A stretch of DNA of 64,000 nucleotides. It comes from Phoronis australis. Lineage: Eukaryota > Animalia > Phoronida. The position numbers and the translations under genes were made by a program. The stretch is from NCBI GenBank assembly GCA_002633005.1, contig NMRA01000404.1, forward strand, positions 1 to 64,000, read 5' to 3'. Positions 62,912 through 64,000 of the stretch are shown here, in pieces; positions within the stretch are counted from its first letter, which is position 1; the number at the start of each line of letters is the position of its first letter. Below the pieces are notes generated by a model. It was not told the origin of the DNA. It worked only from the letters and a program-made list of their open reading frames with translations, and made no database searches.

Positions 62912-63730
62912 GTATTTCGCCAAGTATGTTGCTCTGCCATCAATTTTATTTTTTTTAATTCCCACTCTAATGAGGTTGCATTTTTCGTCTGATTTCCACG
63001 AAATTCACACACAACGTCAAGTTCTGGATGAACTGGATCCCTGTTGTTTTTGGTCATGATCAGATTCAAGATGGCATACGTGGTGGCCATTTTGTTTTCA
63101 ATTTCATATTCAAATGCTCCTGAGGCCGTAATTTTTGATGTATTGGTTGAAGCTCAGTACAATTATTGCAGCAAACGGGTACTAAAGATGTGCCATAAAT
63201 CATCAACATCCGGTCAATGATGGCGGAAATATTGGCCATTGTGCATGGGCAAAAACATTTTCTCCTGTAGAGGGTGCAATGTAGACCCAATTGTTTCGAA
63301 ATTTTTCATGTATTAGTTTCTTGTGAGTAGCTATTGTCAAGTGCAGGTGAACTAAAAGTTGTATTCAAAATGGCTGACCTAGCATATTTGCATCAACTTT
63401 AATCGTGCTGGGGTGCCACCTTGAATGGGAAGAGTAAATGACATGAATTTTTGCATGTGGATTCTCTGATAAAGATATTGAGCAAATATCCCTTTTGGAA
63501 CCAAAGAAAAGGAATCTGCTCAAAAAAAGGGATCTTTGGTCAATATTTTTATCACTTAAATGGAATCCAGTAATATACATAGTATCGTAGATTCTCTGAG
63601 GTATACTCTTTCAAATGTCCTTTAACATTTTTTCTCATACTTACTGTTTTTGAGTTATTTGACTTGAAATTTCCAAAAAATGCAAAATTTGAAATTTTTT
63701 GAAATTATCACGGAATCTTGTGAAACTGCT
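62912..63730 (+). repeat. Repeat family A copy 5 (diverged), preceded by a HINE 3' fragment at about 62870-62910
   Basis: Contains TTCGCCAAGTATGTTGCTCT, CAAGATGGC..GGCCATTTTG and TCCTGTAGAGGGTGCA. The upstream GATACAAATAAACACCCCTAGAAGCACA matches 52083-52110. Confidence 0.7.
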
Positions 63731-63817
63731 CCATCAGCTGACGTTCAATCAGATCTTGCTTTATTACGTATGCATGTACCCAAATATGTGTGTGTGTGTG
63801 TGTGCGTGTGTCTGCAG

Positions 63818-63976
63818 ATGGTCTGGCACATGTTATACCAGACGTGTGCAGGTCGGGCATGTGGGCCCATTGCGCTGATCACTTGGAACTAGTTAATGCT
63901 TTCTTAGAATACGGGTTGGGTGGAGACACTCATGAACATAACCAGACAAGTGTAAACCCAGTAGTGTCAACAAGTT
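63818..63976 (+). CDS. Candidate exon of unknown product
   Basis: (TG)n-TCTGCAG|A acceptor and T|GTAAGC donor bound a 159-nt phase 1-1 open frame DGLAHVIPDVCRSGMWAHCADHLELVNAFLEYGLGG... No recognised domain. Confidence 0.2.
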
Positions 63977-64000
63977 GTAAGCCTTAATTCTAAAATTTAA

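Noticed and set aside
1-64000. tRNA, rRNA, operons or prokaryotic defence systems
   Set aside because: None was recognised. The sequence has spliceosomal introns and animal repeat families.

Overview
This is AT-rich, repeat-dense, intron-containing animal genomic DNA, probably from a marine invertebrate (inferred from the repeat families). It is not prokaryotic, and almost all ORF-track entries are spurious. Only one clear host exon is present: a phase-1/phase-1 Ly6/uPAR (three-finger)-like exon at 2486-2689 (+). The rest is largely nested mobile DNA. (i) A decayed Ty3/Gypsy LTR retrotransposon (RT end, RNase H, integrase, polypurine tract, 3' LTR start) has a PHD finger after its integrase GPY/F-like segment. 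(ii) A TSD-bounded AcademH-like element (11349-19574) carries a spliced RecQ-type helicase exon and is interrupted by a 5.5-kb EnSpm/CACTA-like element, which has a second copy at 26542-32338. (iii) There are also hAT-, Harbinger-, Merlin- and Tc1/mariner-like non-autonomous elements, and CR1/L2, Tx1/L1, Copia and Penelope remnants with hammerhead-like motifs. (iv) A nest of Helentron-associated (HINE-like) elements at 49.6-54.8 kb has a ~140-bp tandem array in which the units carry a co-oriented CTCF-like motif. All family assignments come from motif recognition by eye, without database searches.
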